DNA of 64,000 bases. Source: Polyangiaceae bacterium (lineage in GTDB: Bacteria > Myxococcota_A > Polyangia > Polyangiales > Polyangiaceae). The notes under the pieces are model-generated. The model saw only the letters and a list, made by a program, of their open reading frames with translations, had not been told where the DNA came from and did no database searches. The DNA is taken from assembly GCA_044376115.1 (NCBI GenBank), contig JBILLK010000006.1, forward strand, positions 1 to 64,000, written 5' to 3'. Positions 20,264 to 29,311 of the stretch are shown here, one piece after another. A program made the position numbers and the translations under genes. The first letter of the stretch is position 1, and each line of letters opens with the position of its first letter.

Positions 20264-20884
20264 CTACAGGCTGCGAACGTTGAATCCGGCGGTGCGCAGC
20301 CGATCGATGAAGTCCTCGGTTGAGATGGCCTGCTCGAGCAGGCCGCGCGCTTCGGCGCAGCCGAGCGCGTCGCCGCCACAACTCCCACTGACGAACGCAT
20401 GCGGTGCCAGCGGCGCGTCGGGCGCAGGGGGAGGCGCGTTCTCGTCGATCAGCGTACCCGGATGATTGATGAGCTGTAGTCGGGTGGCGCCGCGTTCGGC
20501 CAGGATGCGAGCCCCAGGCTGTACGGCTTGGGGGCTAGCGACGGGCCGCTTTGGCTCCATCGCGCCCATACAGGCGGTGAGTGTGACGGGGGCGGTCATG
20601 ACCGCGGCCGCCATCAACGAACGGGCGAAGCGAGTGAGCGCCGACGACGGCACATCCGGCTTGAAGGCGATTTGGCCTGAATCGTCGGCCAGGTAGCGCA
20701 CGCACAGGTTCTCGCTCGCTTTCGCAGCGAGCAACGCACGCGCCTCGGCCTCGGTCATGCTCGAAAGATCGTGTACGTACGTTGCGCAACTTCCGCAAAA
20801 GCGTTTGCTAGCCTCTCGTCGCGTCATGCTCGAGAAGTCGAGCCCACAGGGACTTTCAATCGCGACGTCGTTTCGGCTGAGCAT
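20264..20884 (-). CDS. Hypothetical protein with N-terminal Cys/His putative metal-binding module
   Basis: IESPC...SM...RFCGSC...VHDLSSMT..EA..LL....NLCVRY, then hydrophobic stretch ending TLTAC. Confidence 0.75.
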   Translation of the reverse strand: MLSRNDVAIESPCGLDFSSMTRREASKRFCGSCATYVHDLSSMTEAEARALLAAKASENLCVRYLADDSGQIAFKPDVPSSALTRFARSLMAAAVMTAPVTLTACMGAMEPKRPVASPQAVQPGARILAERGATRLQLINHPGTLIDENAPPPAPDAPLAPHAFVSGSCGGDALGCAEARGLLEQAISTEDFIDRLRTAGFNVRSL

Positions 20885-20961
20885 GAGTCGAAAACGCCGC
20901 TTCCCGGAGGACCTTACAGTTCCTTCCGCCGTCGCCACGCGCGCGGGCTATAGCGCTCTCT

Positions 20962-21627
20962 ATGTCCAGCTCCGTTCCCGTCGAACTTGGGCCTGCTTCT
21001 CTAGAGAAGCCGCTGCTTCGCGGTGTTTCTCACCAAGTGGCGGCTGTGGTGGCTTTCCTTTCGTCCTTCGTGCTGGTGTGGCGCGCGGACGGGGTAGCGG
21101 CGAGCGTCGCCGCGGCTGTCTTCGGCGCGTGCCTGGTGATTCAGCTCGGGACCAGCGCCCTCTACCACCGGGTCCATTGGGGGGAGCTGGGGCGGATGTG
21201 GATGCGGCGCTTCGATCACTCGGCGATCTTCCTGATGATCGCTGGCGGCTACACCCCGCTTCTGACCGTGGTTCCAGGCGCCCAGGGTAGCTACGCAGCG
21301 CTTTACGGTGTTTGGGCTGGAGCGGTGCTCGGGGTGGTGAAGTCACTCTTTTGGGCCCACGCCCCCAAGTGGATCACGGCTGCCTTGTGCGTGGGTCTCG
21401 GTTGGGCCTTGGCCGGCCCTGTGATCGATCGTGCCAGCGTGGTTGGTTGGCTCGCTATCGGTTTGGTGGTGGCGAGCGGTATCGTCTACAGCCTCGGCGC
21501 CGCGGTCTATGCGTTAAAGCGCCCCAACCCGTTCCCCCGCGTGTTCGGCTATCACGAGGTCTTCCATGCCTTTGTGGTGGCAGCGAGTGTCCTCCTATTC
21601 GTGCACGTGGCGATGATTACGAGCTAG
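20962..21627 (+). CDS. Hemolysin III family / PAQR membrane protein (TrhA-like)
   Basis: SALYH, RRFDHSAIFLMIAGGYTP, FGYHEVFHAFV. Confidence 0.93.
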   Translation: MSSSVPVELGPASLEKPLLRGVSHQVAAVVAFLSSFVLVWRADGVAASVAAAVFGACLVIQLGTSALYHRVHWGELGRMWMRRFDHSAIFLMIAGGYTPLLTVVPGAQGSYAALYGVWAGAVLGVVKSLFWAHAPKWITAALCVGLGWALAGPVIDRASVVGWLAIGLVVASGIVYSLGAAVYALKRPNPFPRVFGYHEVFHAFVVAASVLLFVHVAMITS

Positions 21628-21712
21628 TCCCAGCGAGCGCTCTTCTCGTCCGCTACAGCTCAATGAACCAGCCTTGCATCGGCGGTGGACCAGCGCGGGT
21701 CCAGGTGTGTAT

Positions 21713-22732
21713 CTACGAGCTCGAACGATCACGCTTCGCTCGCTTGGCTTTCGTCTTGCGTGGCTTTCGTCTCGGCTTTTGCTCCGCGCTCTTGGTGCTC
21801 CTTGCCGCGACCGTCTTTCGCGCCTCGAGTTCGCGGCCCAAGATCTCGCTCGGGACCCAGCGACAGAGTTCATCGACGAAGGCGCGTACCTGCGGCGGCA
21901 AAAAAGCGCGCTCGGCGTAGACGACCGATAGGCGCGATTCGGTTCCGACGACACCCTTGAGCACCTGCACCAGTGTCCCCGATTCGAGGTCGGGGGCGCA
22001 GATCAGATCCGGAAGCAGGGTCAGCCCGAGTCCGAGGCGCGCGGCCTCGAGCAACATGGCCAGGTCATTCGAGAAGAAGCTACCGCTCAGGCGCACACGG
22101 GAGCCATCCTCGAGCGGCCACTCGGTATCGGGGATCTCGCCCTTTGCAAAGCCCATCAAACAGCGGTGTCGCTTGAGCTCGGCAGCGCTCTTCGGCGTTC
22201 CGCTCGCCGCAAGGTAGCTAGGCGAGGCCACGCACACGAGGCGCGAGCGCGCCACCGTCCGTGCGACGATACCGGGCTCCAGCCGTTGCGAGGCGCGCAG
22301 CGCTACATCGCACGCGCCGCTCAGTAGATCCGCGTAGCTCGAGGAGAATTGGATGGAGAGACGGACCTCAGGGTAGCGTTCGACGAACTTCGCGATCTGG
22401 GTACGCAGCTGGCCGCTGGCCAACGGTGGGACCGAGACACGCAGCTCCCCGCGGATTTCTCCGTCGCGTTGACTCAGGCTCTGTTCGGCCTGTTGCACCG
22501 CTTCCAGCGCGCGTTTGGCGTGAGCGTAGAAAGCCTCACCGGCGTCGGTGACCGTCAGTCGGCGCGTGGTGCGCTTGAGCAGCCGCACCCGTAGCCGCTC
22601 TTCGAGCCGCGCCAATCTCCGGCTGACGGTGGCGCGCGGGAGGCCGAGCTCAGTGGCTGCGCGGGAGAGCGACTTGGACTCGACGGTGCGGGTAAACGAC
22701 AGCAGTTCGGCCGTCTCGAGGGGATCCTTCAT
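21713..22732 (-). CDS. LysR-family transcriptional regulator (CrgA/DmlR-like)
   Basis: SLSRAATELGLPRATVSRRLARLEERL.VRLLKRTTRRLTVTDAG HTH; substrate-binding domain; start ATG 22732. Confidence 0.95.
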   Translation of the reverse strand: MKDPLETAELLSFTRTVESKSLSRAATELGLPRATVSRRLARLEERLRVRLLKRTTRRLTVTDAGEAFYAHAKRALEAVQQAEQSLSQRDGEIRGELRVSVPPLASGQLRTQIAKFVERYPEVRLSIQFSSSYADLLSGACDVALRASQRLEPGIVARTVARSRLVCVASPSYLAASGTPKSAAELKRHRCLMGFAKGEIPDTEWPLEDGSRVRLSGSFFSNDLAMLLEAARLGLGLTLLPDLICAPDLESGTLVQVLKGVVGTESRLSVVYAERAFLPPQVRAFVDELCRWVPSEILGRELEARKTVAARSTKSAEQKPRRKPRKTKAKRAKRDRSSS

Positions 22733-22737
22733 ATGGA

Positions 22738-22750
22738 TCAAATAGTGACA
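22738..22750. promoter_or_regulatory. Candidate LysR T-N11-A box in the AT-rich divergent lysR/doxX intergenic region
   Basis: TCAAATAGTGACA immediately upstream of the lysR start. Confidence 0.4.
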
Positions 22751-22826
22751 TATCTGTCGATTGAATCGAGCATTGTCGCAATCCAGTTCCGGGCGCATCG
22801 TGGACTCTCAAGAGGAGTTCACGCAC

Positions 22827-23255
22827 ATGAAGACACGTTCCATCGCCTACGCCGCCACCACCGGTCTCGTCGCGCTCGGTTTTGCCTTCGGCGGCATCGC
22901 GGATCTCAGCCACAAGCCGGAGGTCGTGGAGGGGATGACCCACCTCGGGTATCCAGCGTACCTCGCTACGCTGCTCGGGATTTGGAAGGTCCTCGGCGCC
23001 GCCGCCATCGTCGCTCCGGGAACCGCCCGGCTCAAGGAGTTCGCCTACGCAGGCATCCTTTTCGATCTCACGGGGGCAGCGTTCTCCCACGCGGCCTCTG
23101 GAGATCCCTTCGGCCAGGTCGTCACCCCGTTGGTCCTGTTGGGGATCGCCGCCGCCTCGTATGCACTGCGCCCCGCCAGTCGCACGCTCGGTGCGCCGCT
23201 GCTCGCCGAGCAGGCCAGCCCCACCGTGTTGAGCGCTGTAGCCAAGGTGAGCTGA
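22827..23255 (+). CDS. DoxX-like family membrane protein
   Basis: HLGYPAYLATLLGIWKVLG, RLKEFAYAG, GAAFSH; AGGAG RBS. Confidence 0.9.
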   Translation: MKTRSIAYAATTGLVALGFAFGGIADLSHKPEVVEGMTHLGYPAYLATLLGIWKVLGAAAIVAPGTARLKEFAYAGILFDLTGAAFSHAASGDPFGQVVTPLVLLGIAAASYALRPASRTLGAPLLAEQASPTVLSAVAKVS

Positions 23256-23366
23256 ACGCCTCGAGGGCACGCTGCGCTACGTTCCTCGCTCCGGGGCGCA
23301 CTCCCTACCGCTAATCAGGCTTGCCCGACCAGGCGAAGTGACGGCCCAAAAAAAAGTTCGTCGACC

Positions 23367-23393
23367 TGTCGATCTGCGCGTTGCCCGTTCGAT
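23367..23393 (+). promoter_or_regulatory. Putative ECF42-type promoter (-35 TGTCGA, -10 CGAT)
   Basis: TGTCGA-N17-CGAT upstream of the VOC-YciI-ECF operon; matches the promoter class described for ECF42 sigma factors. Confidence 0.6.
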
Positions 23394-23445
23394 GCAGCAG
23401 TGAAAACGCAACAACGGCCCGGCTCGGCCGGGTTTGGAGGCTTCG

Positions 23446-24207
23446 ATGAGCAACGCAATCAAGACCGCAGGACGTTTCTATTGGCATGAGCTCGTAACCG
23501 CCGACGTCGAGCAGGCCAAAGGCTTCTATGGGGAGCTCCTCGGCTGGGCCATCACCGCCGTGGATATGGGCCCAATGGGTACGTACTGGATCGCGAGCGT
23601 CGGGGAGAAGCAGGTCGCAGGCATCGCTAAGGCGGAGAACGGCGCTCAACCTGGCTGGCTTGCCTACGTGACGGCCCACGACGTGGACGAGACCACCAAC
23701 CAGGCCAAGGCCGCAGGCGCGACGGTGCTTGTACCGCCCAGCGACATCCCCGGACAAGGACGCTTCTCGTTGCTCGCCGACGCCGAGGGAGCGCTGTTCG
23801 CCCCGTTCCGGCCGAGTGATGAATCCGCGGACGATGGCGCCCTGGTGGGCTTGGGAGGCTTCTGCTGGTCGGAGTTGCTCACGCACACGCCGGCCACCTC
23901 GATTGGCTTCTACACCAAGCTTTTTGACTGGGGCAAAGACGAGCGCGAGATGGGCCCGCTGGGCACGTACACGATGTTCAAGCGCGGCGATAAACAGGCC
24001 GCTGGTGCGATGAAGGCCATGAACCCGACGGCTCCCGCGATGTGGTTGAACTACGTCGTCGTGGATAATGTCGACGCTTCCTACGCTCGCGCTGAGAAGC
24101 TGGGTGGCAAGCAGCTCGTGCCGCCGATGGACCTCCCGGGCATTGGTCGCTCGGCTGTGGTGGTGGACCCGGCAGGCGCGATGATCGCCCTGTTCAAGGC
24201 GGCTTGA
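23446..24207 (+). CDS. Two-domain VOC/glyoxalase family protein
   Basis: GRFYWHELVT.D...AKGFYGELLGW and GGFCWSELLT...FYTKLFDW repeats; GGAGG RBS. Confidence 0.92.
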   Translation: MSNAIKTAGRFYWHELVTADVEQAKGFYGELLGWAITAVDMGPMGTYWIASVGEKQVAGIAKAENGAQPGWLAYVTAHDVDETTNQAKAAGATVLVPPSDIPGQGRFSLLADAEGALFAPFRPSDESADDGALVGLGGFCWSELLTHTPATSIGFYTKLFDWGKDEREMGPLGTYTMFKRGDKQAAGAMKAMNPTAPAMWLNYVVVDNVDASYARAEKLGGKQLVPPMDLPGIGRSAVVVDPAGAMIALFKAA

Positions 24208-24234
24208 GCTGCGTTACCAGGGAAGAACAAGACC

Positions 24235-24591
24235 ATGCAATATCTACTTTTGATCTACGACGAAGAGGCCAAGCTCAACGCGATGAGCGAGGCCGAGAGT
24301 GGCGCCTTTCTCCAGGCGTATGGCCAGTTCTCGAGGGAGATCAACCAATCAGGGCACTTCAAAGCCGGTGAGGCGCTGACGCCCGTTTCAACAGCAACCA
24401 CCGTGCGCGTTCGCGAGGGCAAGACGCTGACCACCGACGGTCCGTTTGCCGAGACGCGCGAGCAGCTCGGCGGCTTCTACCTGATCGAGGCGAAGGACCT
24501 CGACGAGGCAATCGCCATCGCAGCAAAGATTCCTTCGGCCAAACTCGGCTCGATCGAGGTGCGGCCGATCATGCGCTTCGACGGCGTCTGA
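24235..24591 (+). CDS. YciI/DGPF family protein
   Basis: TDGPFAETREQLGGFYLIEAKDLDEAIAIA. Confidence 0.95.
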   Translation: MQYLLLIYDEEAKLNAMSEAESGAFLQAYGQFSREINQSGHFKAGEALTPVSTATTVRVREGKTLTTDGPFAETREQLGGFYLIEAKDLDEAIAIAAKIPSAKLGSIEVRPIMRFDGV

Positions 24592-24628
24592 AGACCCGGG
24601 CCGAGGGGCTCGCGGCTATCATGCGCGC

Positions 24629-25945
24629 GTGCCCACGCCCGAGGACGCTGCTACCGAAGCGCAAAGCTCAGCGCGAGCTCACGTCGAAGGTGAGCTCGCG
24701 CGCGTGTACCGCGCTGAATCCGGGCGCATCGTTGCGCCGCTGATCCGAGTATTCGCTGGGGACTTTCAGCTCGCCGAAGAGGCGATGCACGAGGCGTTCA
24801 CGGCTGCGCTCGAGCAGTGGGTCGTGCGCGGCGTACCGCCCAATCCCGGCGCTTGGCTGGCGCAGACAGCGCGTCACAAAGCGCTCGATGCGGTGCGCCG
24901 GCGTTCGCTCGGGCGCAAGAAGGTTGAGCTCTATCGCGATGAACTCGAGACCTCGGGGGCGTTGGAACTGGTTCGTTCGGCGGAGGAACTTGCAGAGGAG
25001 GAGCCAGTGGCGTCCGACGATCAGCTGCGACTCATCTTCACCTGCTGTCATCCTGCGCTCGCGATTGAAGCGCAGCTAGCGCTGACGCTGCGCACGCTCT
25101 GCGGGCTGACCACCGAGGAGGTCGCGCGCGCGTTTCTGGTGCCAGAGCCGACGATGGCGCAGCGGATCGTGCGCGCCAAAAACAAGATCAGCACGGCGAA
25201 GATCCCGTACGAAGTGCCAGCGCAAGCTGCGCTCGCGGAGCGGCTCGAGGCGGTGCTAACGGTCGTTTACCTCGTATTCTCCGAAGGCTACGCGGCAACG
25301 AAGGGTGAAGCGCTGATCCGTCACGAGCTCACTTCGGAGGCGATTCGGCTCGGGCGATTACTGCTTAGGCTCCTTCCCGAGAGCGCAGCGGCCGAGGGGC
25401 TGCTAGCGCTGATGTTGCTGCACCAGTCGCGCAGCGCCGCGCGCGTGGATGCGCAAGGCGACCTCGTACTGCTCGAAGATCAGGACCGAACCGCCTGGGA
25501 CCAAGAGGCGATTCGTGAAGGGCTGGAACGGATCGAGAACGCTCTTCGGCGGTCCCGAGGCGCACCAAGCGCTTACGCCGTGCAAGCGGCCATCTCGGCC
25601 ATTCACGCCCGCGCAGCGCAGGCGAGCGACACCGATTGGCGACAGATCGCTTTGCTCTACGATCGGCTCATGCGCGTTCAACCGACGCCGGTGGTCGCGC
25701 TCAATCGGGTCGTCGCGCGCGCGCTCGCCTTCGGTCTAGAGCCAGCACTCGAGGAGCTGACTACACTCGCCAGCGAACTCGACGGCTATCATTTATTTCA
25801 CGCCGCGCGCGCCGACTTGCTTCGCCGGTTGGGCCGCGTCGCGCAGGCGCGGCTCAGCTACGAACGCGCTTTAGGTCTTGCTACCGCGGAACCCGAGCGG
25901 CGGTTTCTAGCCCGTCGCTTGGCGGGGCTCTCAGGAACGCAGTAG
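24629..25945 (+). CDS. ECF42-type RNA polymerase sigma factor with C-terminal TPR extension
   Basis: DDQLRLIFTCCHPAL, MAQRIVRAK.KI, YLVFSEGY, QDRTAWD, TDWRQI..LY; follows a DGPF gene. Confidence 0.93.
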   Translation: MPTPEDAATEAQSSARAHVEGELARVYRAESGRIVAPLIRVFAGDFQLAEEAMHEAFTAALEQWVVRGVPPNPGAWLAQTARHKALDAVRRRSLGRKKVELYRDELETSGALELVRSAEELAEEEPVASDDQLRLIFTCCHPALAIEAQLALTLRTLCGLTTEEVARAFLVPEPTMAQRIVRAKNKISTAKIPYEVPAQAALAERLEAVLTVVYLVFSEGYAATKGEALIRHELTSEAIRLGRLLLRLLPESAAAEGLLALMLLHQSRSAARVDAQGDLVLLEDQDRTAWDQEAIREGLERIENALRRSRGAPSAYAVQAAISAIHARAAQASDTDWRQIALLYDRLMRVQPTPVVALNRVVARALAFGLEPALEELTTLASELDGYHLFHAARADLLRRLGRVAQARLSYERALGLATAEPERRFLARRLAGLSGTQ

Positions 25946-25946
25946 C

Positions 25947-26333
25947 CTACGGCGAGAGGGCGCCGAGCTCGTCGGCCTCGAGTGAATCGGCCAACCTGCA
26001 ACGCTGACCGCCTGCGGCTGCGAGCTCCTTACGCAACAAGGCGGCCTGCTCCTTCGCGCCCTTCACGCTGAGCATCGTCAGTAGGAAGATCCCATCGGGG
26101 CTCTCGACTCGCTCGTTCAAGATCCGGGTGCGCAGCCGACCGACCGCCATAGCGTCTTCCTCCGCGTCGGGCGCCTCCTTTTTGCGTAGTTCATCCACAT
26201 CGCAGATCAGCTCCAGTGCCTGCTCGAACGACTGTGCCCCACTCGCCGCGGGTTGCGCTGCTGGCTCCTTTCCGGCGCAAGCCAACAGAATGATGAGGCC
26301 GAAGCTGTACGCGAAGGCGCGAGAGTCTGACAT
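25947..26333 (-). CDS. Hypothetical small lipoprotein
   Basis: LIILLAC lipobox; one Cys pair in the mature part. Confidence 0.65.
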   Translation of the reverse strand: MSDSRAFAYSFGLIILLACAGKEPAAQPAASGAQSFEQALELICDVDELRKKEAPDAEEDAMAVGRLRTRILNERVESPDGIFLLTMLSVKGAKEQAALLRKELAAAGGQRCRLADSLEADELGALSP

Positions 26334-26389
26334 TGAGAGCTTGGACCCGTGTCTCGTGCATTCCTTGGTTGCTTGCACGAAGCTTGGGT

Positions 26390-26690
26390 TTACGGCCGCG
26401 GCCCGTACACGGGCGGCGCGGTGCCTAGCTCATAGGCGCCCAAATCTGGTGCGTCCCCAGCGAAGCCGTCATTGATGTTCTCGAGCACGGCGCCGACGTC
26501 CACTGCTTTCCCCGCAGCGCTGAGCTGCAAATCGGGCACCGACTGCGCCGGGAAGGGGCTACTCGGCACGGTGACGCTCGCGGCAAAACTCGCGAGGTCG
26601 AGCTGTACGCCATGCTTCTCGCTGGTCACCGCCATCATCTCCGCCAGCGATGAGAAGGACACCGAACCAAACTGCCCGGTGAAGCTACGC
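26390..26690 (-). pseudogene. 3' remnant of a right-handed beta-helix/pectate-lyase-like secreted protein
   Basis: DLQLSAAGKAVDVGAVLENINDGFAGDAPDLGAYELG..PPVYGPRP is a typical C-terminus; no signal peptide or N-terminal part; frame closes inside the upstream gene. Confidence 0.65.
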
Positions 26691-27329
26691 TGGTACCCGC
26701 ACCCGCAGCGTCATCCCGGTCACCGTGACGATCTCCGCCTGCGGCCACATGACGTCGAAGGTGGTTTTGGGTGGCGCAAAGCTAATGGATATGAGCTCAC
26801 TGAGCGATAGATCCAGCGGGTTGGGGCCGTCATAGGCGATTAAAGTTGCTCCGGTCAGTTCGTCGGAGTCGGTGAAGGCGGTAAAGCGCTGGGTGCTACC
26901 GCCATGACGGGTGAGCGTTCCGGAGATCGGCGGCGTCATGCTGGCGGCCTGCGCAATGGCGGCGCGCGCGCCGGCAGCGTCGCCTTGGGCGTGAGAGACC
27001 GCGGCTTGAACGAGCGCCATCGCATACGGAGGTGGTGGGCCAAACGCTGCTCGCCGGCCAGCGACGCCTGGATCGCGGTAACGCTGCGCGACGGCGGCCT
27101 CGGCTTGAGCCGCGGCGCCGAACGCGCTCATCGGCGCGGCCAGCTCGGGAGCTGCGCCGATCAAGCGCTGCATGGTCTGCATGGCCGCCGGGAACTGCTG
27201 CAGCCGCACTTCAGCGCTAAAGCGCATCAGCAGCCTCGCCGGGTCCACCGTCGCGCCGCTCGTCTCCTGCACCAAGATCCCGAGCGCCGCTTGGTAGTCG
27301 CCCTGCTCCATTGGCTGTTCAGCGTTCAT
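26685..27329 (-). pseudogene. ImpE/TagJ-like type VI secretion accessory protein, probably 3'-truncated
   Basis: N-terminal TPR-like helices; F..FTDSDELTG..L, ISF.PPKT.FDVMW..AE, ends RVPA* without the usual Y...LGR.T.W tail. Confidence 0.6.
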
Positions 27330-27432
27330 CGCGCCATCCTACGGGGACGCGGCCAAGCCATCCCCTCGGGTTGTCGATCGCGAGGTTCGCCGGGACTTTC
27401 GGGGAGGATGGATGGCTCCCCTCGGGTTCACG

Positions 27433-29151
27433 TCAGAAGATGTACACCGGCCAGGGCGAAGGGGCTGCGCCCTGCACCACGTTGACCACGCGATGGTTGG
27501 GGTCGACCTCCGTCGCTACGACGGCCTCGCTAAAGGGTAGATCCACCGTGACCGTCTTGGCGCTGCTTCCAATGGGGAACTCGACGGCTGTTACGGCGCT
27601 CGCGGTGGCCCCGGTTACTGCGACCTGAAGGCTGCATGGGAAGACGGCGCCGGCGTTGGTCTGCGTCACGGTGACGGCCACGCTGCCGTCGCCGTTGTCC
27701 GCCGTTTCCACAGTAAAGCGCGGGTACTCCGGAGCGCCGCTACCGAAGACCCAGACGTTGAAGTAGGGCGCTAGATCGACCCCGGAGGCCGCTTCCAACG
27801 CTTGTTGGAGCTCCGCGACGCTGCGCACGCCGCCGCCGGCGAGGAAGTTGGTGATGCCGAGGAGCACCGCCTCCCGGCCGAGCAAGTCCTCGAGTTGTAC
27901 GAAGAGGATCATCGGCCCTGGGCCGTAAACATCCCCGTAGAAGGTCTCGACCTTGGGCGGTGGCTCATCCATGGGGCGTACGAAGAACTGTGCGTCCGGC
28001 GCGATCCCGTCCCAATAAGCGAGGCTCGCTTGGGCCTCGCCCAGCGGCCGTTGCTCGTCCTCGAAGACGTAGGGCAAGTACTCCGCGATCGCTTCTTTCC
28101 AGGCAAAGTCCTGCGGCGTCGCCAAGGTGGTCGCGTCGCCCGACCATTGATGCACGATCTCGTGCATGGTGACGTGCATGGTCGCGTCGACGTAAGGCAG
28201 GGCGAGGACGTCGAGCTCCTCATGCAGGATGATATTGGCCGGGTGCTCGAAGCCGAGCCAGGCCGTTGGCGCGCCAGCGAGCCGCAGCTGCTTGCCGTAG
28301 GGGAGGGGCCCCAAGCGTTCGCTGGCCCAGCCTAGGAATTGACCGAGGCTCTGCGTGTCATAGGCCTCTCCCAAGGTGCCACCCGGCACCTCGTACAAGG
28401 TGATCTCGGCCGAAGGCACCGACAAAAGTGGAGAGGCTACCCAGGCTGCATCGGCCGCGACCGAGAAGGCCGAGTAGGTCGGCGCTAATGTGCTATCCAG
28501 CGCGCATCGAGTTTCGGTCGGGCCGCTCGTCAGAGCGCCTGGGCAAAGTACGACGGTCCCTTCCGGGTGGGTGACGTTGAAGCCGAAGCTCACGAGCCTC
28601 GCTGGGTCATCATCGCACGGGCCGAAGTGGTCGCACCCGCCTACCCAGCTCAATAGATAAGTAAAATCGCTGCCCGATAGATCGGGCGTCGTGGAATAGC
28701 CGATGTCGAGCCCGTGATAGGTCTTCTCGGCGAGCTGCACGTCCACGGCGAGCGTGTGTTCCCCAACCGCGAGCTCGCTCGCGCTGCAGGCGGTTAGCAG
28801 GTTTTCATCAACGGTGAAGCTCAGCGCGGGCGCATCGTCGAAGCGAACCGCCAGCGCTGGTCGCTCGCTCGGCACCGAGAAGCAGGAGCCTGCAGCGGTG
28901 ACGTCGAGCCGCAACGCGAGCGTGGCGAGATCGCTCGTTAGGTCGATGTCGACGTCATAGCGCGTTATTTCCGCCGCCATGGGCCCGGCGCCGCCGGTGC
29001 CCGGCTCCCCACCGTTGCCGCTGCTCCCGGCTGTTCCTCCCGCTCCACCTTGCGCCGAGCCACCGTTCGCAGACGAGTCATCCCCGCAAGCCGAGAGCGC
29101 GACAAATGAGAACAGTGCCAGCACCGAGGTCTTCAAAGTACGGTCGTCCAT
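27433..29151 (-). CDS. M1-family zinc aminopeptidase, lipoprotein
   Basis: ALSAC lipobox; LGFEH (GAMEN-equivalent), HEIVHQW, WKEAIAEY, VYGPG; start ATG 29151. Confidence 0.88.
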   Translation of the reverse strand: MDDRTLKTSVLALFSFVALSACGDDSSANGGSAQGGAGGTAGSSGNGGEPGTGGAGPMAAEITRYDVDIDLTSDLATLALRLDVTAAGSCFSVPSERPALAVRFDDAPALSFTVDENLLTACSASELAVGEHTLAVDVQLAEKTYHGLDIGYSTTPDLSGSDFTYLLSWVGGCDHFGPCDDDPARLVSFGFNVTHPEGTVVLCPGALTSGPTETRCALDSTLAPTYSAFSVAADAAWVASPLLSVPSAEITLYEVPGGTLGEAYDTQSLGQFLGWASERLGPLPYGKQLRLAGAPTAWLGFEHPANIILHEELDVLALPYVDATMHVTMHEIVHQWSGDATTLATPQDFAWKEAIAEYLPYVFEDEQRPLGEAQASLAYWDGIAPDAQFFVRPMDEPPPKVETFYGDVYGPGPMILFVQLEDLLGREAVLLGITNFLAGGGVRSVAELQQALEAASGVDLAPYFNVWVFGSGAPEYPRFTVETADNGDGSVAVTVTQTNAGAVFPCSLQVAVTGATASAVTAVEFPIGSSAKTVTVDLPFSEAVVATEVDPNHRVVNVVQGAAPSPWPVYIF

Positions 29152-29311
29152 TGGAAGGACGAGCACTCTAGTCCCAACGACCCGAAGTTTGACTCTGGAT
29201 CGACGAGGCAAATTCCGAGCCTCGTTCCGGTGGCGACGTGAGCGTGCTTTGGCTGAAGTAACGCACATGCGTTGGTGGACACAAACTACGCGGCATGGTC
29301 TTGTCGGTCAG

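Noticed and set aside
20962..21627. Hemolysin toxin
   Set aside because: Hemolysin III/PAQR proteins are widespread membrane homeostasis proteins; no toxin context
27358..27428. 12-bp direct repeat TCCCCTCGGGTT x2 with an imperfect hairpin, as an IS target duplication or att site
   Set aside because: No transposase, integrase or terminal inverted repeats; more likely a terminator-like or chance repeat
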